Shown here piece after piece: positions 19,777 through 29,385 of a DNA stretch of 64,000 bases. The position numbers were made by a program, and so were the translations under genes. Numbering within the stretch: position 1 is the stretch's first letter; the number at the start of each line of letters is the position of its first letter. Source of the DNA: an uncultured Bacilli bacterium (lineage in GTDB: Bacteria > Bacillota_I > Bacilli_A > RFN20 > CAG-826); the NCBI GenBank assembly GCA_905236715.1, contig CAJOMQ010000001.1, forward strand, positions 110,015-174,014, written 5' to 3'. The notes beneath the pieces were generated by a model. It was given only the letters and a program-made list of their open reading frames with translations. It did not search any database and had not been told where the DNA came from.

Positions 19777-22368
19777 TTATGATAATTGCTCTTTTTTAGC
19801 CAAGAGGGATTTGAGATTTTCTTGATGTTTTGCTAATTTTTCTTTTTCTAATTCCACTTTGGCTTCGGGAGCTTTATTGACGAAATTGGGGTTATTGAGC
19901 ATATTTTCGCAACGGGCAATTTCGTTTTTCGTTTCGGCAATTTCTTTATCGATTTTTTCTAACATTGAGGCTTTACCAGCGTCATTCACAATCAATAAAT
20001 CAGCATCTTGATAAATTCTTAATTCCCCTTTTTGATTGATGATGCCACTATCGGTGATCTTGATATCACTAAAAGTGAATCTTTGTAACATGTTAATAAA
20101 GCCAGGGAAAGGCGTGATACGTAAATTCAAAGATAAATCTAATTTCGCATTAGGTGCTAAATGGTTTTCAATTTTGTAATTACGTACATCTTTAATCATC
20201 ATGAATAACAAATTCGTTGGGCGATAAGCCGCTTTACGGATGAGTTTATATTCATAGACTGGATAAGTCTCTAACATGATAGATTCTTTATGTTCTGGTA
20301 AAGAAAGATAAAGTTCTTCCGCGATAAATGGTGTATAAGGATAAATGAGGAGAATAATGTTTTTTAAACATTTGAATAAGACTTGTTGGGTGATATGACG
20401 AGCTTTTTCATCTTCCCCATTTAAAATGACTTTGCTCATCTCTAAATATTGCGAGCAGAAATCGTCATAGACAAAATTATATAAATGGTTAGAAGCGGCG
20501 TTAAAGTCATATTTATCCATATTGATGGTTACCGCTTTAATGGTTAATTCTAAGCGATTGATAATCCATTGATCCAAAGTGGAAAAATCTCTAGCCGTTA
20601 CTTTTTCTTCGCGGAAATCTTCTGGTAAAACACTTAAAACATAGCGAGCGGAATTCCATATCTTATTTAAATAATTCGCGCTGGCTTGCACTTTTTCATC
20701 GATATAACGCATATCTTGGCCCGGTGTACTATTCGTGGTCAAAAAATATCGCAAGGCATCCGCGCCATATTTATCAATCACGGCGATGGGGTCAACACCA
20801 TTACCGAGTGATTTTGACATCTTACGGCCTAATTCATCACGGACAAGTCCGTGAATGACCACTTGTTTAAAGGGGCGTTTGTGGGTCATTTCTAAAGATT
20901 GGAAAATCATTCTTGAGACCCAGAAGAAGATAATGTCATAGCCTGTCACTAAGACATCCGTGGGGAAATATCTTTCTAAATCCGCGGTTTTATTCGGCCA
21001 TCCCCAAGTGGAGAAAGGCCATAAGGCACTAGAAAACCAAGTATCTAAGACATCGCTTTCTTGTTCCCAATTTTCCATATCTTTGGGTGGATCCATCAAA
21101 ACTTTGACTTCGCCATTCTTATTGTAATAAGCGGGAATACGATGACCCCACCACAATTGACGGGAAATGCACCAATCATCGACTTTTTCCATCCACTGGG
21201 TGAAGACTTTTTCAAAGCGGGTGGGGACAAAATTAACTTTTTCTAAACGTCTTTGTTGGGCTAAAGCTTGTTCCGCAAGAGGTCTCATACGCACAAACCA
21301 TTGTTTAGATAACATTGGCTCCACAACAGCGTTAGTTCTTTCACTATGACCGACGGGGTGCACAATTTCTTCAATTTTAACAAAATTGCCATCTTCTTTA
21401 ATTTGTTCCACAAGGGCTTTACGACACGCAAAACGATCCATGCCTTCGTATTTGCCACATAAGTTGTTCATCGTAGCGTCTTTATTAAAGATAATAGGTT
21501 TCGGAAGATGATATTTTTCACCGATTAGAAAATCGTTAGGGTCATGAGCGGGTGTACATTTCATCGCACCGGTGCCAAAATGTAAATCAACATATTCATC
21601 AGCGATGACAGGAAGCTCGTCACCATTAGCGGGATTAATAACCTTCTTTCCCACATATTTTTTATATCTTTTATCACGGGGATTCACCACGACACAGACA
21701 TCACCAAACATCGTCTCTGGACGTGTGGTGGCGACGATTAAAGCCTCATCGGAATCAACGACAGGATAACGGAAATAAAACATCTGTCCGGGGTCATCTT
21801 GGTGAATGACTTCGATATTACTTAACGCTGTCATTTGCACGGGATCCCAGTTAATGATTCTTTCCCCTTGATAAATCAATCCTTTGTTATATAAATCAAC
21901 GAAAACGGTGCGGACCGCGTAATTTAATCCATCATCAAGAGTAAATCTTTCTCTACTATAATCGAGCATTAAACCCATTTTCGCCCATTGGGAATGGATA
22001 TTTTGGGCATATTCATCTTTCCATTGCCAAGCATATTTGAGGAATTCTTCACGGGTTAACTTTGTTACATCAAGACCCGATTTACTTAATTTCTCCATGA
22101 CTTTGGCTTGGGTCGCAATGCCAGCGTGATCCATACCAGGAAGCCAGCACACATCAAAACCTTGCATCTTTTTATAACGGGCGATGATGTCTTGAATGGT
22201 GGTATCCCAAGCATGACCTAAATGCAATTTACCAGTGACATTTGGCGGTGGGATAACAATGGAAAATGGGGTTTTGGATTTATCACCAGCGGTAAAATAG
22301 CCTTGGCTTTTCCAATTCTCATATTTTCCTTCTTCCACTTTGTGGGGATCATAACGTTTTTCAAGCAT
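19777..22368 (-). CDS. valS: Valyl-tRNA synthetase
   Basis: The 863-aa ORF has HIGH (PNVTGKLHLGHA) and KMSKS (KMSKSLGN) motifs and a C-terminal coiled coil. Confidence 0.97.
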   Translation of the reverse strand: MLEKRYDPHKVEEGKYENWKSQGYFTAGDKSKTPFSIVIPPPNVTGKLHLGHAWDTTIQDIIARYKKMQGFDVCWLPGMDHAGIATQAKVMEKLSKSGLDVTKLTREEFLKYAWQWKDEYAQNIHSQWAKMGLMLDYSRERFTLDDGLNYAVRTVFVDLYNKGLIYQGERIINWDPVQMTALSNIEVIHQDDPGQMFYFRYPVVDSDEALIVATTRPETMFGDVCVVVNPRDKRYKKYVGKKVINPANGDELPVIADEYVDLHFGTGAMKCTPAHDPNDFLIGEKYHLPKPIIFNKDATMNNLCGKYEGMDRFACRKALVEQIKEDGNFVKIEEIVHPVGHSERTNAVVEPMLSKQWFVRMRPLAEQALAQQRRLEKVNFVPTRFEKVFTQWMEKVDDWCISRQLWWGHRIPAYYNKNGEVKVLMDPPKDMENWEQESDVLDTWFSSALWPFSTWGWPNKTADLERYFPTDVLVTGYDIIFFWVSRMIFQSLEMTHKRPFKQVVIHGLVRDELGRKMSKSLGNGVDPIAVIDKYGADALRYFLTTNSTPGQDMRYIDEKVQASANYLNKIWNSARYVLSVLPEDFREEKVTARDFSTLDQWIINRLELTIKAVTINMDKYDFNAASNHLYNFVYDDFCSQYLEMSKVILNGEDEKARHITQQVLFKCLKNIILLIYPYTPFIAEELYLSLPEHKESIMLETYPVYEYKLIRKAAYRPTNLLFMMIKDVRNYKIENHLAPNAKLDLSLNLRITPFPGFINMLQRFTFSDIKITDSGIINQKGELRIYQDADLLIVNDAGKASMLEKIDKEIAETKNEIARCENMLNNPNFVNKAPEAKVELEKEKLAKHQENLKSLLAKKEQLS

Positions 22369-22604
22369 GTTGCTTACCTCCTAGGGCAAAATAAAACGCC
22401 CTCTCTAAGGACGCGTTTGCGTGGTACCACCTTAGTTCGTATTTCTACGCACTTCATTAACCTATTTTTGCTAGGCAGCTAGTTCTCCTTAGCGACCTTC
22501 ACCCGCCACTTGTATCGAGCTTCCACCATCCTCGACTCTCTATGATAGTTAGAGGGTTACTCTTCTAATTCATCGAACTATTCAATTGACTTAATTATAC
22601 CTAA
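22369..22604 (-). promoter_or_regulatory. T-box riboswitch leader of valS
   Basis: The minus-strand RNA contains AAGGUGGUACCACG (plus 22413-22433), which matches the conserved T-box antiterminator sequence. A terminator hairpin and U-run (GCGUCC..GGGCGUUUUAUUUU) follow just upstream of the RBS GGAGG. The ~235-nt leader length fits the family. Confidence 0.7.
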
Positions 22605-23183
22605 TTACAGAGCTTTTTCAATTGCCCTTTTGAGATTATCTAAACTTCTTTTTTCTAAAATAGAAGTATAGAAGATAATGTTTTCCGGTATTTCACTTTC
22701 TTTTAAATGTTTATTTAATTGGCTTTTTTCTTTTTGATTGACCTTATCTAATTTGGTAATAACCAAATAATAAGGAATATTTTCTTGTTGGACATAAGAG
22801 AGTATCTCTTTATCGTTTTCATTTAATTCACGACGGCTATCGAGGAGTAAAAGCACTAATTTTAATTCTTTATTATCCACGAAATAATTTTCCATCATTT
22901 CGCCGAATAAACGGTCTAAATCCACTCCCCCTTTGGCATAGCCATACCCAGGAGCATCCACCAAATAAAAAGCATTATCGATGTTGTAATAATTTAATAA
23001 TTTGGTGTGTCCAGGTTTTGAAGAAGTAAAAGCGAGACGATTTCTTTCACATAAAGCGTTAATTAGTGAAGATTTACCAACATTAGATTTGCCCACTATC
23101 AAAACCTCCGGGAGTTGTCCCGAAGGTTTTTCTTTAACATCAGTTAAAGATTTGATAAATGAAGCATTTTTGAAATTAATCAT
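22605..23183 (-). CDS. engB: Ribosome biogenesis GTPase EngB/YsxC
   Basis: The 192-aa ORF has a G1 motif (GKSNVGKSS). The 4-nt ATGA-type overlap with the lon stop suggests translational coupling. Confidence 0.9.
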   Translation of the reverse strand: MINFKNASFIKSLTDVKEKPSGQLPEVLIVGKSNVGKSSLINALCERNRLAFTSSKPGHTKLLNYYNIDNAFYLVDAPGYGYAKGGVDLDRLFGEMMENYFVDNKELKLVLLLLDSRRELNENDKEILSYVQQENIPYYLVITKLDKVNQKEKSQLNKHLKESEIPENIIFYTSILEKRSLDNLKRAIEKAL

Positions 23184-25513
23184 TATTCTTTGACAAGGGC
23201 CACTTTCACGGCGTCATCGACATTTTCCATAAAGACGATATTTAAGGATTCTTTCACTTCTTTAGGAAGTTCATCGACGTCTTTGCGGTTTTCTTTGGGA
23301 ACAATAATGGTCTTAATACCACTTCTTAAAGCCGCTAAGCTCTTTTCTCTTAAGCCACCGATCGGTAAGGCATTACCTCTTAAGGTCACTTCACCAGTCA
23401 TCGCGACATCAGGGTCAATAGGACGATGACTCAAACAAGAAATAATTGCGGTGGTAATCGCTACACCAGCGCTCGGACCATCTTTTGGCACTGCGCCTTC
23501 GGGAACGTGGATATGGATATCGTTATCTAAGAAGATATCGGGATCGATTTGAAAATGTTCCGCTTTGCTTTTGACATAATCTAAAGCAATACTCGCGCTT
23601 TCTTTCATGACGTTACCTAAATTACCGGTGAGAACGAGGCCACCTTTACCTTTGAAGTAGTTTACTTCAATCGGTAAGATATCACCACCATATTCGGTAT
23701 AAGCTAAGCCAGTTACCACACCGATTTGTTTATTCTTTTCTTTCTTACTATCTTCAAAAATGGGTACGCCGAGATATTCGCGTACTTTTTCTTCGTTGAT
23801 GGTAATCTTTTTAATTGATGGGTCTTTGACAATAGCGACGGCAACTTTTCTTAAGCAAGAAGCAATCTTTCTTTCGAGTTCACGAACGCCAGATTCTCTG
23901 GTATAAGAACGGATAATGAATTTAATAGCACCTTCGGTGAAGGATGCTTGTCCTTTTTTCAAACCATTGATTTCCATTTGTTTGTGGACTAAATGGTTTT
24001 TGGCGATTTGCACTTTTTCTAATTCGGTATAACTAGATAATTCAATGAGTTCTAATCTATCTCTTAAAGGACCAGGAATATTTTCCAAATAGTTTGCCGT
24101 GCAGATAAATAAGACATCGCTTAAATCATATGGTTCTTCCAAATAATTGTCGTTAAACGCGGTATTTTGTTCGGGGTCTAAGACTTCTAATAAAGCACTC
24201 GCGGGGTCTCCTTTATAGGAAGAAGCCACTTTATCGACTTCGTCGAGTAAGAAGACTGGGTTAGTGACACCCGCTTTACGCATACCTTGGATAATGCGGC
24301 CAGGCATCGAACCAACATAGGTACGACGATGGCCACGGATTTCCGCTTCATCAGAAATACCACCTAAAGAGGCTTTGAAGAATTTTCTTCCTAAAGCTCT
24401 AGCGATGGATTTACCTAAACTGGTTTTACCAGTTCCCGGAGGACCATAGAAACAGAGAATGGGGCTTTTGAGATTACCAGTTAATTTCTTAACCGCTAAA
24501 TATTCGATGATTCTCTTTTTGGGATTTTCTAATCCATAATGATCTTCATCAAGAATCTTTTCGACATTACGTAAATCATCATTGTCTTCGGTTTTTTGAT
24601 ACCATGGGACATTCATGATGACATCAATATAAGATTGGATTAATGCCCCCTCTAAAGAGCCACTGGGCATCATATCGAATTTATTGAGTTCCGATTTGAC
24701 TTTCTTTTTCACATATTCGGGATAGGGATTATTTTCCAATCTTTCCAAAATGTTTTGTGGATCATTCGCGGAATCGGTTTCTTCACCTAATTCTTTTTTG
24801 ATGGCTTTTAATTTTTCCCTTAGGAAATATTCTCTTTGACTCTTTTCCGTTGATTCTCTAACGGTTTCCGAAATATCGTGTTCAATTTGATTCTTTTGGT
24901 TTTCCCCTTCGATTAAACCGAGCACTTTTTGCACTAATTCGTCAACGCGTGTGCATTCCAAAAGCGATTGTTTGACTTCTACGGGTGCGGAAATAAAGCC
25001 CGCTAAAGCGTAGCAAATAACCGCGGCATCTTCGCTTTTTGCGACGGTATTAGAGACGTTTTTAGGCATCCCCGATAACAATGAGGGGGCTGACTCTAAA
25101 GCGCGGGAGAGGCTTTTAATATAGCCTTGCATCTCCACTTGGGAGACAGGATTCATATCAAAGATAGTGCCATCAGCGACATATGTTTGTTCATTAGCGT
25201 CAAGAGCGATATTAGCTAATGAGACTTTTTCTAAAACTTCTACACGCACTCTTAAACGATTCTCTTTTTCACTACAAGAGATAATATGGCACAAAGTGCC
25301 AATGTGATAGATATCGTTTTCGGTGGGATTTTCATTTTCCGCTTTGATTTGCGAAGAGATGAAAATCAATGAATCCGTTTTATTGCGCGATAAATTAATC
25401 GCATTAATAGAAAATTCACGACCCGCTTCAATCAATTGTTGATTGCCAGGAAAGATAACCAAGGAACGGGTAATGAGTAGAGGGAGACTTAAAACTTTTG
25501 GTTTATCAGCCAT
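23183..25513 (-). CDS. lon: ATP-dependent Lon protease
   Basis: The 776-aa ORF has a LON N-domain, AAA+ motifs (GPPGTGKTS; LLDEVDK) and a Ser-Lys protease domain (PKDGPSAG). Confidence 0.95.
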   Translation of the reverse strand: MADKPKVLSLPLLITRSLVIFPGNQQLIEAGREFSINAINLSRNKTDSLIFISSQIKAENENPTENDIYHIGTLCHIISCSEKENRLRVRVEVLEKVSLANIALDANEQTYVADGTIFDMNPVSQVEMQGYIKSLSRALESAPSLLSGMPKNVSNTVAKSEDAAVICYALAGFISAPVEVKQSLLECTRVDELVQKVLGLIEGENQKNQIEHDISETVRESTEKSQREYFLREKLKAIKKELGEETDSANDPQNILERLENNPYPEYVKKKVKSELNKFDMMPSGSLEGALIQSYIDVIMNVPWYQKTEDNDDLRNVEKILDEDHYGLENPKKRIIEYLAVKKLTGNLKSPILCFYGPPGTGKTSLGKSIARALGRKFFKASLGGISDEAEIRGHRRTYVGSMPGRIIQGMRKAGVTNPVFLLDEVDKVASSYKGDPASALLEVLDPEQNTAFNDNYLEEPYDLSDVLFICTANYLENIPGPLRDRLELIELSSYTELEKVQIAKNHLVHKQMEINGLKKGQASFTEGAIKFIIRSYTRESGVRELERKIASCLRKVAVAIVKDPSIKKITINEEKVREYLGVPIFEDSKKEKNKQIGVVTGLAYTEYGGDILPIEVNYFKGKGGLVLTGNLGNVMKESASIALDYVKSKAEHFQIDPDIFLDNDIHIHVPEGAVPKDGPSAGVAITTAIISCLSHRPIDPDVAMTGEVTLRGNALPIGGLREKSLAALRSGIKTIIVPKENRKDVDELPKEVKESLNIVFMENVDDAVKVALVKE

Positions 25514-25532
25514 AAATGAATCCTCCTTTTAA

Positions 25533-26819
25533 TTATTGATTGTTTTCAAATAAGAAATCTTCGATTCTTTGCATGAGAAGATTGTGACGGAATTCCGCTT
25601 CTTGTTGAGCAAGGGCTTTTTTCACATCTTCCACTTTCATATTGTATTGATCAGCGATTTTGGAATATTCAAATTCGACATCTTCATCACTGACAGAGAG
25701 TTTTTCGGCTTTGCCGACTTCTTCGCTGATGAAATAATGAGTGATATCTTTACGGGAATCCTTACGAAGTTGTTCTAAGAATTGTTCTTCGCTTTGGCCA
25801 ACGATTTGTAAATAACTTTCTAAGTTAAGACCAGATTGAGCCATTCTATTTTCGAAATCTTGTTTACGAGATTCGACTTGTGATTCCACCATTTCATCAG
25901 GTAAATCGATATGGGAACCTTCGGCGATTTTATCAAACAATTTGCTGATATATTCGCGACGAGCGTTCGCTTCTTTTTGTTTTTGTAATTCTTCTTTTTT
26001 CGCCACTTTGAGTTGGTCTAAATTTTCCACGCCTGGCATACCTAATTCTTTGATGAATTCTTCATCTAAAGCGGGTAATTGTTTGGATTTCACTTCGTGA
26101 ATATCGCAAGCAAACATCGCTTCTTTACCTTTTAATTCAGGGACATAATTTTCGGGGAATGTCACTTTGACATCGACATGTTCACCAGCCTTATGACCGA
26201 TGAGTTGTTCTTCAAAGCCAGGAATGAATTGGTGAGAACCTAATTCTAATTCATGATTTTGGGCTGAACCACCATCGAATTTTTCTCCATTAATGGTGCC
26301 GACGAAATCCATCACCACGGTATCACCTTCCACAGCGGCATCTTCTTTAGTAACTAAAGAGGCACTGCTAGATAATAAGTCATTGATGGATTTTTCCACT
26401 TCTTCTTCACTGACAGAAACTTCGGATTTACCAATTTTTAATTCTTTGTATTGGCCTAATTTCACTTCGGGAGCGGTCACGATCACGAATTTGATTTCTA
26501 ATTCTTTATCGCTGAGTTTGGTGACATCAACTTGTGGTCTCGCCATTGGCTCTAATTTTTCTTCTCTTAAAATGTCACTATACATAGTGGGTAATAAACC
26601 GTTGATCGCATCATCCATGACTTTCATGCCATCAACATGTTTTCTTAAAATATTTTCTGGTGCTTTACCAGGACGGAAGCCGTCGACTTTTACTTTCGCG
26701 GCTAATTTTTTAAATGCTTTGTCTTGCGCTGCTTTCCAAGTAGCTTCGTCGACTGTCACGATGACTTCGACGTGAGAATGTTCTAATTTTGTTAATTTTC
26801 TTTCCATAGGTGCCTCCAA
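25533..26819 (-). CDS. tig: Trigger factor
   Basis: The 428-aa ORF has a ribosome-binding N-domain, a PPIase domain and a C-domain. A promoter-like TTGCTT-16-TATAAA and a GGAGG RBS lie upstream. Confidence 0.95.
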   Translation of the reverse strand: MEAPMERKLTKLEHSHVEVIVTVDEATWKAAQDKAFKKLAAKVKVDGFRPGKAPENILRKHVDGMKVMDDAINGLLPTMYSDILREEKLEPMARPQVDVTKLSDKELEIKFVIVTAPEVKLGQYKELKIGKSEVSVSEEEVEKSINDLLSSSASLVTKEDAAVEGDTVVMDFVGTINGEKFDGGSAQNHELELGSHQFIPGFEEQLIGHKAGEHVDVKVTFPENYVPELKGKEAMFACDIHEVKSKQLPALDEEFIKELGMPGVENLDQLKVAKKEELQKQKEANARREYISKLFDKIAEGSHIDLPDEMVESQVESRKQDFENRMAQSGLNLESYLQIVGQSEEQFLEQLRKDSRKDITHYFISEEVGKAEKLSVSDEDVEFEYSKIADQYNMKVEDVKKALAQQEAEFRHNLLMQRIEDFLFENNQ

Positions 26820-26863
26820 AATACGTGCAATGTGTATTTTATATTAATTCACTCGCGTGAAGC

Positions 26864-26886
26864 AAGAAAAAAGCACTTAAAGTGCA
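26864..26886 (-). terminator. Rho-independent terminator after the 302-aa gene
   Basis: A GCACTTTAAGTGC hairpin followed by TTTTTTCTT on the minus strand. Confidence 0.6.
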
Positions 26887-26909
26887 TTTCTCTTTGTTAG
26901 ATGTCACAT

Positions 26910-27818
26910 TTAGAAGTTATCCATGGCCTTTTCAATTTGGCCAATTAATTGTTCTAATTGGTCTTTATCAAGACCTTTTTTTAAACAAATTTCATCGATA
27001 TCTGGCGCTTTTTTGCTCTGCAAATATTGGTGAGAAATATATTCAAGCGCGGCAAGTAATAATTCCTTATCAGCGGGCAGCACATCTGGATAAATATAAA
27101 TGATGTAGCTCGAAAGAATTTGAATCGCGGTCTCACTTAAGGAAGGATCTTTTAATTGGGATGAGATTTCTCTCACGAAATCATTGAATTCTTCACCCAC
27201 GAATGGAGGGGTCAATTGACTGGGGTTAACATTTATAATGTTTCCCATGTGGTTAAAGCGCAAAATATGATTGGTTTGTTTTTGCACTAATAATAAAAGG
27301 GCAAAGGAGCGGATTGATTGTTTGGGGAATTCCATCATCACTTTTTCTAAAGATGATAAATAGGGATTGATATCACGATTCCTAATGGAATCAATTGCCA
27401 TTAAAACATCGCTTTGGTCTTCACTTTTGAGTTTCTTTATGAGTTCGTCTTCATCAAGATTAACAAAGGAATATTTTTTCTTTTCTTCCGCACGAATATA
27501 GTTTGGTAACTCTTTTAAGAGTTCTTCTACTTGTTGGGATTCATACGGGAGGTTTTTGTAATATTCTAGTTCACTAAACGCTTCATCAAAACGACCTAAG
27601 ATACATAATATTTCGATATGAACATGCATCAACATGAGCAAATCTTTTTGTAAAATGGGACGATTTTCTTTTATACAATCAAGGGCTTCTTGATATTTAC
27701 CAGATCCAAGAAAAGCGCTGATACGATAAAAGAGGTCATTGGGGTTGTCAGCATTCTTTGTCAGACGCAAAACAAGGTCATATTCTTTGCGGTCCATCAA
27801 TGATTTTAAAGAATCCAT
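26910..27818 (-). CDS. Hypothetical helical (TPR-like) protein
   Basis: A 302-aa ORF predicted to be all alpha-helical. No motif was recognised. Confidence 0.55.
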   Translation of the reverse strand: MDSLKSLMDRKEYDLVLRLTKNADNPNDLFYRISAFLGSGKYQEALDCIKENRPILQKDLLMLMHVHIEILCILGRFDEAFSELEYYKNLPYESQQVEELLKELPNYIRAEEKKKYSFVNLDEDELIKKLKSEDQSDVLMAIDSIRNRDINPYLSSLEKVMMEFPKQSIRSFALLLLVQKQTNHILRFNHMGNIINVNPSQLTPPFVGEEFNDFVREISSQLKDPSLSETAIQILSSYIIYIYPDVLPADKELLLAALEYISHQYLQSKKAPDIDEICLKKGLDKDQLEQLIGQIEKAMDNF

Positions 27819-27886
27819 ATCGCTTTTCTCCTAGTAGTTTATTAGTAGTTTTTTAGTTTTTATTAACTTTGTTAAGATTGTGTAGG

Positions 27887-28480
27887 TTAACGTTTTAGTA
27901 CTTCGTTAATTTCCTCAATACTAATCGGGCCTGGTCGCACTATTTTTATTTCTTCACCAGTGAGGTCAATTATCGTTGAAGGCTTATCCAAATTAGCTTC
28001 TCCTTCGATGATAAAATCCACTTCATCGCCAAATATTTTCTTCGTTTCTCCACTATTTAAAGCGGGATTTTCTCCGCTTCTATTAGCAGAAGGCACTAAG
28101 ATGGGTTTATCTAAGGCGTTTAGCAAAGCTAATCCAATTTCGTTAGAGGGGATTCTAATACCGATAATTCCACTATTATGGGTGACCCAAGTTGGCACGC
28201 TATCTTTCGCGGGTAGTAAAATCGTTAATGGACCCGGCATAAAAGAAGCCATAATCTTTTGGGTTCGCTCGTCAACATAGGCGTATTTTTCAATCTCTTT
28301 AAGAGATTTAACCATCATTGTGTAAGGTTTATCTTCTGGTCTTCTTTTTATATTGTTGAGTTTTAAATAAGCATCATAATCATCATAATATACCGCTAAA
28401 CCCATGACTGTTTCCGTAGGAAAAGCAATCACACCATGATTATCTAATACTTCTTTAGCGCGTTCTAATTCCCTTTTCAT
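27887..28480 (-). CDS. tsaC: L-threonylcarbamoyladenylate synthase (YrdC/YwlC/Sua5 family)
   Basis: The 197-aa ORF reads AFPTETVMGLA...SANRSG, a YrdC fold signature. Confidence 0.85.
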   Translation of the reverse strand: MKRELERAKEVLDNHGVIAFPTETVMGLAVYYDDYDAYLKLNNIKRRPEDKPYTMMVKSLKEIEKYAYVDERTQKIMASFMPGPLTILLPAKDSVPTWVTHNSGIIGIRIPSNEIGLALLNALDKPILVPSANRSGENPALNSGETKKIFGDEVDFIIEGEANLDKPSTIIDLTGEEIKIVRPGPISIEEINEVLKR

Positions 28481-28536
28481 ATGCCTTATTTTACTACAAA
28501 AATAAACCGCTTAAAATAAAAAGGCTTTGAGCCTTT

Positions 28537-29094
28537 CTATTCCTTGTTTTCTTCTTGTTTATTTTCTTCTGGTGCTACTTCTTTATTTTCTAATTTTTTA
28601 GCCGCGGCTTTTTGATCTTCTTCATCGGCTTTTTGAATATCTTCAATAAATCCAGGGATTGGTTTAAACCAGTGATAAATAGCTTCAAATGTATAGATAA
28701 TGAAGACATATAACAAAACAGCACTGACACCAAAACGATAGACATCATATTGGCTGACTTTATCAATATTGCCTATAAGGCAAATTAAATCAAAAGTTAT
28801 TAAATAGATACCAAGTGGTAATAACAAACTCTTATCTAAGATAGAAGCTTTTAATCTTCTTTTCTTGCTCACCATAATCCAAACAAAATCAATAATCAAC
28901 CATAAGCCACCGAAAAGGGTGAGCCAATTAAAAATAGTGAGAATAACTGTGTTAATTTTTAAAATAGCCAATAATTCCAATATGCCAATAACTAGAAAGG
29001 CAATAGCAATGACTAATAATTCTATTAAATAAATTAATTTCGCTTTTGTAACAGCGTCCATTTTCTTTTTCATATGCCAAAGATTATAGCACAT
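28537..29094 (-). CDS. Hypothetical membrane protein with a charged K/E-rich C-terminal tail
   Basis: The 185-aa ORF has four predicted TM helices and a terminator hairpin directly after its stop. Confidence 0.55.
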   Translation of the reverse strand: MCYNLWHMKKKMDAVTKAKLIYLIELLVIAIAFLVIGILELLAILKINTVILTIFNWLTLFGGLWLIIDFVWIMVSKKRRLKASILDKSLLLPLGIYLITFDLICLIGNIDKVSQYDVYRFGVSAVLLYVFIIYTFEAIYHWFKPIPGFIEDIQKADEEDQKAAAKKLENKEVAPEENKQEENKE

Positions 29095-29155
29095 TTAGCA
29101 AAAAGAAAACGACAATCCGTATTTAAATTGCCGTATTTTGTGGTTTTTCGCCTTT

Positions 29156-29383
29156 TTAAGCGCGTTTTTCTTTGACGATGTCTTCTTCACCGATTCCTCT
29201 AATTATCGCTGGGCATTCACCGCCTATTTGAATATCGTAGATGATGTGGCCATCTTCGCTTTTTTTAATCGCGTAGATATAGCCATGTGATAATTCCCCA
29301 CGATAACGGAAACGCACGAATTGTTCTAAAGCGTATTTGTTTCCGGTGATAGGTTCGCCTTTTTTCTTTTTAAAGAAACACAT
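29156..29383 (-). CDS. Hypothetical 75-aa protein, co-oriented and 2 nt downstream of the flavodiiron gene
   Basis: The ORF is tightly packed against the neighbouring gene. No motif was recognised. Confidence 0.45.
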   Translation of the reverse strand: MCFFKKKKGEPITGNKYALEQFVRFRYRGELSHGYIYAIKKSEDGHIIYDIQIGGECPAIIRGIGEEDIVKEKRA

Positions 29384-29385
29384 GC